Positions 1 to 12,093 of a stretch of 39,413 nt of DNA are shown one piece after another. The notes beneath the pieces were generated by a model. That model did not search any database, had not been told where the DNA came from, and was given only the letters and a program-made list of their open reading frames with translations. Source of the DNA: Octopus bimaculoides (Eukaryota); the NCBI RefSeq assembly GCF_001194135.2, contig NC_069006.1:23958609-23998021 (forward strand), in the 5' to 3' direction. The position numbers were made by a program, and so were the translations under genes. The number at the start of each line of letters is the position of its first letter. Positions within the stretch are counted from its first letter, which is position 1.

Positions 1-246
1 CTTTGTTATTTGCTACAACCACAGCTGTGGTGTTGCAATCATCATCCTCACCACCACCACTGCTGCCTTAACTATCATGTCATCAGTAGTAACAGCATCA
101 CCACCACTACTGCTGCTGCAACTGCCACCTATGCTGTCACCATCACCACCACCATCGCTGCTGCCGCCACCACCACCACCACCACTATGTGGGACCTCAG
201 AACGTGTTGTGTAGTGGGATTGAACTAGAAACCATATAGTTACATA

Positions 247-850
247 TGAGGTGGTACCAATAACTTCCCAGACTAGTTCTGTAGCATGCCAACAGATGGC
301 AGCACATGGTTGCATGCACAGTGAGAGCTAGCAGTGACCTTCATGAGGCAGTGAACTGAGTGACATTGCTGTGTTTACTTTGCAAGTTGTGAAATTTGCA
401 TTTTTGTGGTCACGTCTCTGCTGTAGTCAAGGATTTCTGTCCTGGACAGGAACAAAGATCCAACGTGTAATTTTGTATTAAAATTGGGAAGTCTGCTACA
501 GAGACATTGAGCATGCTTTGGCAAGCTTACAGTGACAAAGCAATGGGTCGTGTGGAGTGTTTTGAGTGACACAGGTGCTTCAAAAGCAGAAGAAGACGAT
601 CAGTGATCTGGAAGACCTGCCATGAGCAGCACCCCACCACCAAAAATGTGGCATTGTGCATTGAGAACTCGTCCCCCAGGGCCGGACTGTCAACTGAGAC
701 TTCTACTGTAATATTATGACGTGTTTGAGGGAGGACATTCAGCAGAAGCAACCGGATCAGTGGAGCGTGAAGAATTGGATTCTTCAAGAGCACAATGCAC
801 CCTGTCACCAAGCTCTCCTCACTCATGAGCTTCCCACCAAAGAACAACAG
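247..850 (+). mobile_element. Tc1/mariner (mariner-type) transposon, 5' part, internally deleted and pseudogenised
   Basis: From 450: EQRSNV*FCIKIGKSATETLSMLWQAYSDKAMGRVECFE*HRCFKS, then after a frameshift EDDQ*SGRP. This is the mariner N-terminal HTH (typical EQR..IKFC.KLGKSATET..ML..AYG....R..CFEWH.RFK.GR...EDD.RSGRP). After a deletion: GIVH*ELVPQGRTVN*DFYCNIMTCLREDIQQKQPDQWSVKNWILQEHNAPCHQAL (catalytic region; HDNAP-type motif decayed to EHNAP). TA at 245-246 is followed by a TIR-like TGAGGTGGTACCAATAACTTCCCAGACT. Confidence 0.9.
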
Positions 851-1756
851 GAAAAAAAAAAGGTACAATTGTGAGCAGGGCAGCCGGGTTGGATAGCGAA
901 GGGGGTGGAGGAGCAGGTGGGAGTGGGGGTGGGGTAAAGTAGCCAGAGTTCCTCAGCTAGGAACTGTTGTTTATTATCAGCTTAAGTTCCTCCCTCGCCC
1001 ACCACTGCTGCCATTGCCACCACCACCACCACCACTGCCACCATGATCACCACACCTATCACCTCCACCCTCAAGAACAGATAATTTTATCTTATTTTAT
1101 TTTTTTTCTGCTGTTTTTCATTCTTCAAAACAACATANNNNNNNNNNNNNNNNNNNNNNNNNNNNNNNNNNNNNNNNNNNNNNNNNNNNNNNNNNNNNNN
1201 NNNNNNNNNNNNNNNNNNNNNNNNNNNNNNNNNNNNNNNNNNNNNNNNNNNNNNNNNNNNNNNNNNNNNNNNNNNNNNNNNNNNNNNNNNNNNNNNNNNN
1301 NNNNNNNNNNNNNNNNNNNNNNNNNNNNNNNNNNNNNNNNNNNNNNNNNNNNNNNNNNNNNNNNNNNNNNNNNNNNNNNNNNNNNNNNNNNNNNNNNNNN
1401 NNNNNNNNNNNNNNNNNNNNNNNNNNNNNNNNNNNNNNNNNNNNNNNNNNNNNNNNNNNNNNNNNNNNNNNNNNNNNNNNNNNNNNNNNNNNNNNNNNNN
1501 NNNNNNNNNNNNNNNNNNNNNNNNNNNNNNNNNNNNNNNNNNNNNNNNNNNNNNNNNNNNNNNNNNNNNNNNNNNNNNNNNNNNNNNNNNNNNNNNNNNN
1601 NNNNNNNNNNNNNNNNNNNNNNNNNNNNNNNCACTATTTAATAAGTTAATCTGTGAATACATACACTTAACTTACCTATGTATATATAGACACAACTATA
1701 CATATGTTCATAGACAACTATATATATATATATATATATAGTTGAAATATATCGTG

Positions 1757-2078
1757 TGGCCCACTGTTGGTTACGATGACGAGGGTTCCAGTTGATCCAA
1801 TCGACGGGACAGCCTGCTCGTGAAATTAACGTGTAAGTGGCTGAGCACTCCACAGACACGTGTACCCTTAACATAGTTCTCAGGGAGATTCAGCGGGTGA
1901 CAAGGCTGACCCTTTGAATTACAGGCACAACAAAAACAGGAAAAAAGAGTGGGAGAAAGTTGTGGTGAAAGAATACAGTGGGGTTTGCCGCCAACCTCTG
2001 CCAGAGCCTCGTGGAGCTTTAGGTATTTTCGCTCAAAATACACTCACAATACTTGGTCTGGGAATTGAAACCGCGATC
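1757..2078 (-). mobile_element. tRNA-derived SINE, family A, 5' head truncated
   Basis: Reverse complement matches the copy at 5965-6310 (GTGGAGTGCTCAGCCACTT...TTAATTTCACGAGCAGGCTG...GGATCAACTGGAACCCTC). Confidence 0.9.
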
Positions 2079-2136
2079 GTCGCTCTAAAATGATGCTCCA
2101 GTATGACCACAGTCCAAGGTAAAAGAACGTTATAAT

Positions 2137-2420
2137 ATGCACACATGCACATACAATGACACACACATACATACGCATACAATTACACACACAACCACAG
2201 ACACACATCCACATACAACTACAGATACACACACACACACATACATGAGTTACAACTACAGACACACACGCATGCAATTAAAGACACACATACACACATA
2301 TAACTATAGACATGCAAATACACACACACACATGTGCATGCATATGACTACAATCACACACACACATACACAATTAAAGACACACATACACAATTAAAGA
2401 CACACATACACATGCATACA
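2137..2420. repeat. Compound (CA)n-derived degenerate satellite
   Basis: CA tracts punctuated by recurring CAATTAAAGACACACATAC / CAACTACAGA units. Confidence 0.85.
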
Positions 2421-2724
2421 TTTTAACAAATATTATCCCTTCGCTATCCTACTTCTTCTGTTGCTGATGCTACAAGGTTCCTAGGGGACAAGACAAGATA
2501 TCTGAACAATGTAAGCAGGCTCCCTAAGATGGGGGGTGATGAGTGGGGCAGGAGGCAGGATGATGGTTGAGATGTGAGATATGATTAAGGGCAGCTGGTG
2601 ATGGTGGTGGTGGTGGTGGTGAAATCCGTGTCTGTGTGTGTGTGTAATGATAACTAGGGTGAACTGGATTGAAAGTAATTTTGGTGGGGTTTATCTCATG
2701 TGGAAAATAGAAAGATATATAAGG

Positions 2725-2814
2725 AGATGGATAGATAGATAGATAGGATAGCTAGAGGGATGGATAGTTATATAAATAGATAGATAGAAAGATGTATATG
2801 TATGTAAAGATAGG

Positions 2815-2846
<32 letters not shown>

Positions 2847-3440
2847 CAGAGAGATAGATAGATGGACAGACAGAAAGACAGATAAATAGATAGATAGATG
2901 AACAGATATGCTGATAGATAAAGGAATTAATATCAATAACCAGATAAATTAATGGATATATGTGTGTGTGTATAGGTAGGTAGATAGATAGAGTGATAGA
3001 TAGATAGACAGAGAGAGAGAGAGAGACAGACAGACAGATAGTTAGACAGATAGACAGATAGATAGATAGATAATTGGATGCATGGTTAGAAAGAGAAATA
3101 AACAATTTGTTCCCTAAGGGAATGCTATGAAAGTGAAGAATGAAGTTTGGTATGAGTGTGTAGTGGGGAAGGGGACGGAGGAAGTTAAAGGTAGGAAACA
3201 GATTGGTGGTGGTGGTGGTGTTGGAGGTGGTAATTGGAATATAGCTGATGGAATGGTAAAAGAGAGATGAAGAGGAGAAGAAAGAAGAGAAGAAGAAGAA
3301 AAAGAAGAAAGGGAAGGAAAAAGAGATGAAGAAGATGAAAGAGAAGACGTGGAAGAAAAAAAGAAGGGAGAAGAAGGAGATGAAGATGGAGAAGTAGAAG
3401 ACAAAGAAGAAAAGTGAAAGAGAGAGAGAGAGAGAGAGAT
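2725..3440. repeat. (TAGA)n/(CAGA)n microsatellite followed by purine-rich (GAA/GA)n low-complexity DNA
   Basis: Directly visible; it generates the SIYL/FFFF ORFs in the track. Confidence 0.95.
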
Positions 3441-4548
3441 GAAAGGGTTTCTGCACGAGCTCTTAAGACTTTAAAGTTTGTAATGTTCAGAAAAAAAAAA
3501 AGAAGCCCAACTAGGTTAATGTAAATAAATAAATCTGTAAGAGATGTATGAAGAAGGGTGAGGTGTGGGGGTGGGGGTGAATAAGAAAGAGAAGGGTCTT
3601 GGATGGGGGTAGGTCAGAAGTACTTAAAAGGGAAATTCTTGTGATCCTAGACCCTAATACAGATCATAAAGCTCTATAAAGGGATGAGAGAGAAATAAAG
3701 AAAGATGGGGATTTTTGTGTTGCAAAGAGAGATAATATCCCCAAGGCTAGAGAGCATGACACTTGTGTTGATAACTTACCAATATTTAACGATTTTTTTA
3801 CTAGATTCTATCTGAAATCACAGAATTCCATAAAAGGAAGGTGGAATAATGTTTGACTCCCAAGAGAGAGTAATAAATAGGTTGGGGTTGTTCTGTGATA
3901 ATAAGCAAATGAGAGAAGAACCTTCCCATGGCTAGGCTACCAGACTATTCTTGGTAACTTAAACTGGTCACCTGATCTGAATAACTGCACAACAAAGTGG
4001 ACCCTGTTAAAGGCAGCTCCCATTGTGCCGGGGGGGGGGGGTTAAACTGGGTGACTGACCTTTACAGGACCTCTTAGAGGGAGAAAGATATGCTAAAACC
4101 AGAGACTGGGTTTAAATGCTTGCAACAGAGTGGACTCTATTAAAAACACTCATTTTGTCAGGTGGTGGTGCTAAACTGGGTCACCTTTACAGGACCACTA
4201 AGACTGGAGAGAGTGTGCGTACGCATGTGTGTGTGTCTGTATGTGTTCTGGTTTATATTTGTATCACCATGCCTGTGTTTATGTTTACTGATGCAAAAAA
4301 AAAAAAAAACTCCACGAAAAACAACAGTAATGTGTGAAAGAGTGTAGATTAGAAATTTGAGAAATATGGTTTGATAAAACAAATGCCAGCCTGTAAGAGG
4401 TTTTTATATGATCTACTAAATTAAGCATGAAAGGCAACAGCCCAGCGTAGCTGTAGCTGAATAACCAAACTTGTCCCTCCCATGTTGTCTTCTCAATAAA
4501 TAATTAAGTATATAAATAATTGTGATTGTATGTGATATATATATATAT

Positions 4549-4587
<39 letters not shown>

Positions 4588-4679
4588 TAATAATATAAAT
4601 ATATAGATATATGCATATATCCATACATATATGTACATACCTACATCTATATGTATACATACATGCATATGTGGGTACA

Positions 4680-5030
4680 GAACATTAAAAAAAACGTTAA
4701 ACACAATGAGAAACGAAAAACGAAAACAGAAAACGAACTTTTTTCGAACAACGAAAAAAAAAACAAAAAAAAAACAAACGAGACATGCAACATACAGAGA
4801 ATATCCCTTCGTCAGTTGTCCCTGTTTCAGCTACTCTGCATTGAGAGAGAGAGAGAGAGTGAGAGAGAATTTATTCTTGTGGTTGTCAGAAATTGCTCAT
4901 GATTATTGATTGATAAATTTAATTTAATTAAGGATTCTGAACGTTAAGAATTTTGTGGAAAAGCATAGTCTTTATCAACTCAAACGACCCCCTAAAACGA
5001 CAAATAATAAAAAAGTCAGGAAATCCAATT
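4680..5030. repeat. Unclassified interspersed repeat fragment
   Basis: CpG-containing A-rich segment (AACGAGACATGCAACATACAGAGAATATCCCTTCGTCAGTTGTCCC) resembling octopus repeats as remembered; no second copy in this window. Confidence 0.35.
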
Positions 5031-5057
5031 TATGAGTGAAAAGATTAATATTAATAC

Positions 5058-5272
5058 TGGTTTGATAATTTTGGCGCAAAGCCAGCAATTTCGGGGGAGG
5101 GGGTAAATCGATTACATGGACCCCAGTGCACAACTGCTACGTATTTTACCGAACCCGAAAGGGAGAAAGGAAAAGTCGACGTTGGTGGAATTTGAACTCA
5201 GAATGTAAAGACTGACGAAATGCCGTTAAGCATTTTGCCCGACGTGCTAACGACTCTGCCAGCTCAATGCCT
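5058..5272 (-). mobile_element. tRNA-derived SINE, family C
   Basis: Minus strand: GAGCTGGCAGAGTCGTTAGC (A-box region) ... GAGTTCAAATTCC (B box) ... TTTCCTTTCTCCCTTTCGGGTTCGGTAAAATACG core. Homologous to the copies at 12520, 24480 and 32136. Confidence 0.9.
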
Positions 5273-5964
5273 CAACATTAATACTGATATTCCTAGTCAT
5301 AGTAAACAGTCAAATGATGTTGAATTCCTTAACGAAATATATTTAACAGGAAGCATTTTATGATCTCGTGCTCTCTCTTACAAAAGCTATAGTAAAAGCG
5401 AAGTATATAAGAGTTGCCTCCCTTGCTGACAGCACAGTCACACTATTTTACATAAGATATATATCAGACCTTTCACACTCGCGCTCTATTGCTTGACTCT
5501 GGCTTCTGTAATGTTAGGGCAAATGATAAATGTCTTTTACACTTGGCATGAATCTTGCTATAGTTGCATTTTAAAGTAATATTTCTGGAAGCGTTCTATA
5601 TATATACTCCATACAGTTGGCTGAACACGAGCAACGTCAATTAACAGATATTGCTTTGTTGTCTCCCCTTAAACAAGGTAGATTACTCTACTTGACTCAG
5701 ATATTTAAAGCGATCTTACTCGATCAGACAGAAAAAAAGCTGGTATCTCCAGCTGTAAATAACATCATCTTTCCATCTTACAGGAAGTAACAGAACAGGG
5801 TCCCGGCAGAATGATGTCTTAGCTTTTGAATAAATAAATAGATAAATAAACAAATAAATATTCTCTCTTTATTGCATGCAATGAATACCTTTTCTCTCGC
5901 TTGTTAAACCAAAGACACATTTACGTACACACACACACGTGCGTACATATTTATATACGTACAT

Positions 5965-6310
5965 GTGGAGGCGCAATGGCCCATTGGTTAGGCAGCGGAC
6001 TCGCGGTTTCGATTCCCAGACCGGGCGTTGTGAGTGTTTATTGAGCGAAAACACCTAAAGCTCCACGAGGCCCCGGCAGGGGATGGTGGCGAACCCTGCT
6101 GTACTCTTTCACCACAACTTTCTCTCACTCTTACTTCCTGTTTCTGTTGTGCCTGTAATTCAAAGGGTCAGCCTTGTCACACTGTGTCACGTTAAGGGTA
6201 CACGTATCTGTGGAGTGCTCAGCCACTTGCACGTTAATTTCACGAGCAGGCTGTTCCGTTGATCGGATCAACTGGAACCCTCGACGTCGTAAGCGACGGA
6301 GTGCCACAAG
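5965..6310 (+). mobile_element. tRNA-derived SINE, family A, near full length with small internal deletions
   Basis: A box TGGCCCATTGG, B box GGTTTCGATTCC, body shared with the copies at 1757, 7044 and 25494; ends in a (TA)/(TG) tract. Confidence 0.92.
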
Positions 6311-6347
<37 letters not shown>

Positions 6348-6789
6348 GAAGTGCATATGTTAATGCATGTGTTTTTTTATTGGTTAGAAAGTGTTGCATT
6401 TATATGTAGTTGTGTGTGTGTGTGCGTGCGCGCGCGCATATGAGTGTGTGTGAGAAGAGGGAACGTTCCTGCTTAGATTAGGTTGAAAAAAGAGAGAGAG
6501 AGAAATAATCCTTGTCTGTCGTTGAACTCCCCACCAACACCATAACCCCTTTATTGCCCCAGTCACTCCCTGTTACCACCATCGTCCCCATCACTCCTTC
6601 GTCCCATTAATCAAACAAACAAACCTTACACATTATCAATACCTGCTCTATCTGTATTTAATCTACAATGTTACACAACTTAAGAACACCAATACATTCT
6701 GGTTTCTGTTTACATTTGCATTGGAACTATTTTCTCAAGGTTTCCTGAATTTATAAAGCTATCATTATTATTATTATTGTTATTTTTTT

Positions 6790-7040
6790 TTCTTCTTTCT
6801 TCAAATTTTCCTCCATTTCTCGCCGAGTGTTTTCCGTACACCTAGGGCAGAGACGCTCATTGTACGCATTCCCAGATTACACACGCAAATTCACAGGTAA
6901 AATATGTATTTAAAAAACTTAATAAATAAATTCATGAATGGATGTTGTTTTCACAGCGATAATGCTCTTCTCAGTACATGAGTCGTTCCAGTTAACACGA
7001 CCTTTTGCACTTCCTGTAGGGATGGTAAGCTTGGTATCAT
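6790..7040. repeat. Unclassified interspersed repeat fragment
   Basis: CCATTTCTCGCCGAGTGTTTTCCGTACACCTAGGGCAGAGACGCTCATTGTACGCATTCCCAG resembles a recurrent octopus repeat from memory; single copy here. Confidence 0.3.
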
Positions 7041-7043
7041 TTT

Positions 7044-7352
7044 CAAGTGGCTGAGCACTCCACAGATATGTCTACCCTTAACATAGTTCTCGGGGGAGAT
7101 TCAGCGTGACACAGAGTGTGACAAGGCTGGCCCCCTTTGAAATCACAGGTACAACAGAAACAAGAAGAAAGAGTGAGAGAAAGTTGCGGGGAAAGAAAAC
7201 AGCAGGGTTTGCCCCCCCCCCTCCTGCCAGAGCCTCGTGGAGCCTTAGGTGTTTTCGCTCAATAAACATTCAGAAAATTCAGTCTGGGAATCAAAACCGC
7301 GATCCTATGACTGCGAGTCCACTACCCTAACCACTGGGACATTGTGCCTCCA
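7044..7352 (-). mobile_element. tRNA-derived SINE, family A, 3' tail missing
   Basis: Reverse complement of the 5965 copy, including the head GGAGGCACAATGTCCCAGTGGTTAGG ... GGTTTTGATTCCCAGAC. Confidence 0.92.
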
Positions 7353-7784
7353 TGTATATATATATGCACCTGCATGTTTTGGATTTTCAATGTGTGTATA
7401 TACACACACACACACATGCTGATACCTTCAAGTACACTCCCCAATCTGCTTCCATCACCAGACTTTAAGGAAGTCAGGGATGGGTGGGTACAGGGAACAG
7501 ATACCCATAATCTTCATCCCTGCCGCTGCTTCCTTCACAGTCTTATCCAGCCAGTTTATCTATCTCTGATTACCTGCTTATCTTTTATCCCACTATCGGC
7601 ATCATTCCATCAAACTGAGAAAGAATAAGGGTGGAATAAGGGTAGAAAAAGGGTGAAATGAAGACGGAGTAAGAGTGTTGGGAAGACATAATGATTTCTT
7701 CCTTAGCTACAGGAATACTTTTAGTTTTCTAAGGCAGAGAGAAGTCTCAGCAAGGTAACACAGTCTGCTGGATATTCTGTCCAT

Positions 7785-8050
7785 CCGTCTATCCATCCAT
7801 CCATCCATTGATCCAGCCAGCCAGCCAGCAAGAGAACTAAGGCAACCTGACAACCAGCCAACAAACCAAGCAAGCAAGCAGCCATCAAACTGAACAATCA
7901 GACAACCAATGAAAAATAGCTAACCAATTAGCCAATTAAGCAATCGGGTAACCAGTGAACAAGCCAGCCAATTGGGTTAACTAACAAGACAATCAACTCA
8001 TCAGCTAAACCAGGCAATTAAATCAATTAATCAGGCAATTAACCAATCAA
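7785..8050. repeat. Degenerate tetranucleotide array (TCCA/GCCA/GCAA/ACCA/ATCA)
   Basis: Visible gradient of related 4-mers. Confidence 0.85.
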
Positions 8051-8340
8051 GCTATTTAATGAGGCAGTTAATGAATTAATCTGGCAACTGACCAGTGAAA
8101 TTAATTGTGCAATAAAATGATAATTGTAAATGTGACAAGCTAGAAATATAAATATATGGAGGATGTGGTTCATTAGAATTTGATGTCATCAAATGTTTTA
8201 TTGTTGTCAAAAGGGTCCCAAATGCACTCAGGATATTTTTAGCAACCCTGCTTAATATTATCAACTCGTTGTTGTTACTTGTTACAGGAAAGGCTCTATT
8301 CCAAAAGCAATCACAATAATAACCTTCTGTTTTGTGTGTA

Positions 8341-8745
8341 GGAGTGGCTGTGTGGTAAGTAGCTTGCTTACCAACCACATGGTTCTGGGTTCAGTCCCAC
8401 TGCGTGGCACCTTGGGCAAGTGACTTCTATTATAGCCTTGGGTTGATCAAAGCCTTGTGAGTGGATTTGGTAGATGGAAACCGAAAGAAGCTTGTCATAT
8501 ATATATAATATATGTGTGTGTGCATGTATGTTTGTGTGTCTGTGTTTGTTACCCCCACCATCGCTTGACAACCGATGTTGGTGTGTTTATGTCCTCATAA
8601 ACTAGCGGTTTAGAAAAAGAGACCAATAGAATAAGTACTAGGCTTATAAAGAATATGTTCTGGGGTCAGTTTGTTCGACTAAAAAGGTGGTGCTCCAGCA
8701 TGGCAAGTCAAATGACTGAAACAGGTAAAAGAATAACAGAATAAA
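8341..8745 (+). mobile_element. tRNA-derived SINE, family B, full length with internal (TA)/(TG) tract
   Basis: Head GGAGTGGCTGTGTGGTAAG...GGGTTCAGTCCC (A/B boxes), CCTTGGGCAAGTG segment, internal microsatellite and 3' domain ...GATAGAATAAGTACTAGGC...CAGTCAAATGACTGAAAC shared with the copies at 14285, 34560, 35310 and 36175. Confidence 0.92.
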
Positions 8746-8839
8746 AGAATATATGTGTGTGTATGAATGTTTGTGTACACACACACACACACACACATGA
8801 ATATATATACATGTACACACTCTTACATACACACACAGA

Positions 8840-8871
<32 letters not shown>

Positions 8872-9489
8872 AGGATGTGTTAGTGTAAGAGTGTGTAAGC
8901 ATGTATGCAAGTCTGTAACTTACTGAATCTTTCAAACTTGAATTTTTAAAAATAAATGAATAAAATAAGATAAAACAGAAATCAACAACTGCAACCCCCA
9001 ACCCCCCCGCCAGAGTCTTCCCTCCTCCGAACACTTTTCTTTTTTTCTTTCTTCCCTAAATTCAACTTTGAAAATTTCAGGATATTACGTGTGCCCTCCC
9101 CCCCCAACACACACTCATCTATACATACACACACAGAGAGACAAACACACACAGATACACACAGACACAAACACACACATCTACATGCATACATACACAC
9201 ACAAACACACATACACACAGACACATTCATTCCTACAGCTTCTTCTTCAGGGTGAGAGTTTGTCAGTGTAAATGGTGTGTGGGACATATATTTCATTGTT
9301 ATCTTATTTTGAAAGTTTCCTGACAGCTGGCTGTAGAGCGGCACACTTGAGAATGAGTAGTGTGCGTATGTTAGGAAGAGATAATCTTTTATTTGTATGT
9401 ATGTGTGTGTGTGTGTGTATGTGACTAAGTGATAGCATGTGTTTTTGCACCAATGCTCATATTTATGATAGCATGTTCATATATAAATA

Positions 9490-9897
9490 TCATCGTCATC
9501 ATCATCATCGTTTAACGTCCGCTTTCCATGCTAGCATGGGTTGGACGATTTGACTGAGGACTGGTGAAACCAGATGGCTACACCAGGCTCCAATCTGATC
9601 TGGCAGACTTTCTACAGCTGGATGCCCTTCCTAACGCCAACCACTCTGAGAGTGTAGTGGGTGCTTTTACGTGCCACCAGCACAAAGGCCAGTCAGGCAG
9701 TACTGGCAACGGCTACGCTCAAGATGGTGTATATATATATATGACATATGGCAGCATCCACCTTACATACAGTCACAAAATTTAAGTGAGGTTGAAGGCT
9801 ATAGTAAAAGATGTTTTCCCAAGGTACTTTACAGTAGAACTGAACCTGGAATCATGTGGTTGGGAAGCAAACTTCTTAACCACACAGCCATGCCTAC
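9490..9897 (-). mobile_element. SINE, family D (B-type tRNA head at 9790-9897 plus 3' tail ending in (GAT)n at 9490-9729)
   Basis: Tail matches 31830-32133 and 27104-27475 (GGGCATCCAGCTGTAGAAA...CCAACCCATGCTAGCATGGAAAGCGGACGTTAAACGATGATG); head matches the 8341 head. The tail is probably LINE (RTE-like) derived (inference). Confidence 0.85.
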
Positions 9898-10267
9898 TCC
9901 CTAATAACACAGCTGTGGATGGAACACAACTATTATTCATACACACACACACTATGTTAATCACCACCACCACCACTGCCATCATCTTTACCACTGCCAC
10001 CACCACCACCACCGCCGCTGGACACCAGACATGAGAAGCTGGGATTGAAGTGAAGCAGGAAGACCTACAGGATACAGCGATTTCTTCCCAGGCATCACAA
10101 TCACCACCACCACCGTCTCCCCACTCATCTTTCCCCCCTTCCACCCACCCCACAGCCAAACCAGCAACATCATTTGGAGTGATGAGGAGGCAGCTAGCGT
10201 GCACACCCGCACCCATACACATACAGAGTGGTGCTGTACCCTGAGAGAGGTGTGCATGTGTGTGTAA

Positions 10268-10307
<40 letters not shown>

Positions 10308-10847
10308 AAGAGCTGGGAGTGGGGATATGTGTGGAAACAGGAAGTGTTTCCCATGCTGCTACCAAATTTGATAGTTCAAGGGGCAATCCATCATCCTTCA
10401 GGGGTCAACATTTTATCATCATCATCATCATCATCATCATTATTATTATTACTATCGCAGAGGGAAATGTCACATGTGGTAGGGTGGGGAGGGAGTTGGG
10501 TCCCAAGGTTCACCAATTACACACACACACGCACATGTATAAACACAGACATACATATGAACACATACAAGTCATATATAGACACACACATGCATATAAA
10601 CACACACATATACGTGTATACACACACAGATGCATACGCATTCATATACACGACACATACATCTATGGTAGAAATTCCCCACCAGCAGCGCCACCATCAT
10701 CATCCCCCCACCCCCCACCACCAAGAACTGGCAAACCAGAGAACTGCACCAGGCTCTCTTCTCAGCCCTTCTTTAATGCCAACCACTTTACATAGTAAAT
10801 TGGGTGCTTGTTACATGGCACCGGTACCAGTGCTTTTTATGTGGCAC

Positions 10848-11002
10848 CAGGGCAGGCTCTAGGGTTGCTGGCACCCCAGGCATGCTGAACTTCGGTGCCC
10901 TTACAAGTATAATTTTTAAGGAGAAAAACTGAAAGTGTGGCCTAAAAAACACACGGCACCCAGGGTGACTTCCCAAGTTGCTGGTACCTTGAGCTGGCCC
11001 TG
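10848..11002. mobile_element. hAT-superfamily MITE, 155 bp, nested in a family-D SINE fragment
   Basis: TIRs CAGGGCAGGCTCTAGG / reverse complement CAGGGCCAGCTCAAGG (13/16). Flanking 8-bp TSD TGTGGCAC (10840-10847) / TGTGACAC (11003-11010); an 8-bp TSD is typical of hAT elements. Confidence 0.8.
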
Positions 11003-12059
11003 TGTGACACCAGCATTTTTTTGGGGGTCCCCAAATAATGACGTTTTGAGCCTAAACTCTTTGAGAGAAAGAAATGACAGGAAAATAAAATGGAGAGAGA
11101 ATGACAAAAGGAGGAGGGTGAAGACGGTGATGATAATGTTGATGATGATGATGATGACGATATTACTGGGGAAGGAGGTGGTGATGAAGGTGATGGGGGA
11201 TCATAGTGAAGATGATGACGATGAAGGTAATAGATAGAAAGGAAGGTGATGGTGATGACGGTATTGGTTTTCATTTGCGCTGCCAGTGATAATGAGGATG
11301 GTGATAATAACAATGATTACAATGGTGGTGGTGGTTGTCTTGATGATGACGATGATGATGATGACAGTGATGGTGGTGGTGGTGGTGACAATTATGAAAG
11401 ACTCCAGGTCAGAAAGACTTTTACAGGTAAACCATCATGTGATTGCTAGAACATTGCAAACAGGTTTGTCTCAAACAAATACCCTCACATGCTACACCCC
11501 CCTCCCCCCACTCTGCCTTATTTGTAAACACTTGCATGTGTATACACAGAAACATACACACACACACACACACACACAAAAACATATGCGAGCACAGTGA
11601 TGCTTATGAATACACACACACACAAATGAACACACAGAACCACAAACATACACATATGCACATTAAGAAACATGCACACATATATATGAACACACAGAAA
11701 CACACACACTCATATGAACAAACAGAAACATATACACACACACACAGAATCATACACATGTGCGCACACATAAGTATACACACACACACACACACCGAGT
11801 CCTCTGCTGAAGTGTGCCTATGACAATAACAATTATTTCTTTTCTTTTTAATAACAAGAGACAAAGGCAGGAATTATAAGCACACGTGACCTTTAACTCC
11901 CCCCCCNNNNNNNNNNNNNNNNNNNNNNNNNNNNNNNNNTCTCCAATCACTTCTCTCTACCTACCACTCCCCTCCCATCCCCCTTGCCATGCAGTCATAA
12001 TAAACTATCAATAGACAATATCTGATTCATGAAAGTCACATGGTACTGGAGGGGGGATG

Positions 12060-12093
<34 letters not shown>

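Noticed and set aside
2460-2520. Possible 34-nt plus-strand exon (R)FLGDKTRYLNN|GTAAGC
   Set aside because: AAG acceptor, no recognised homology, no linked exons.
4800-4835. Minus-strand GAAAC...CTGACGA as a second hammerhead
   Set aside because: Only 8 nt separate the two core halves in this order; helices I and III cannot form.
5965-6030. tRNA genes
   Set aside because: The A/B-box segments continue into SINE bodies and cannot form a full cloverleaf; they are SINE heads.
7001-7030. CTTCCTGTAG|GGATG|GTAAGC possible 5-nt microexon
   Set aside because: Frame-shifting length, located in a probable repeat fragment, no other support.
9564-9785. Recurrent ORF MKPDGYTRLQSDLA.FLQLDALPNANHSESVVGAFTCH (also in 31265-32062)
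   Set aside because: Antisense reading of the family D SINE tail; the recurrence reflects repeat copies, not a gene family.
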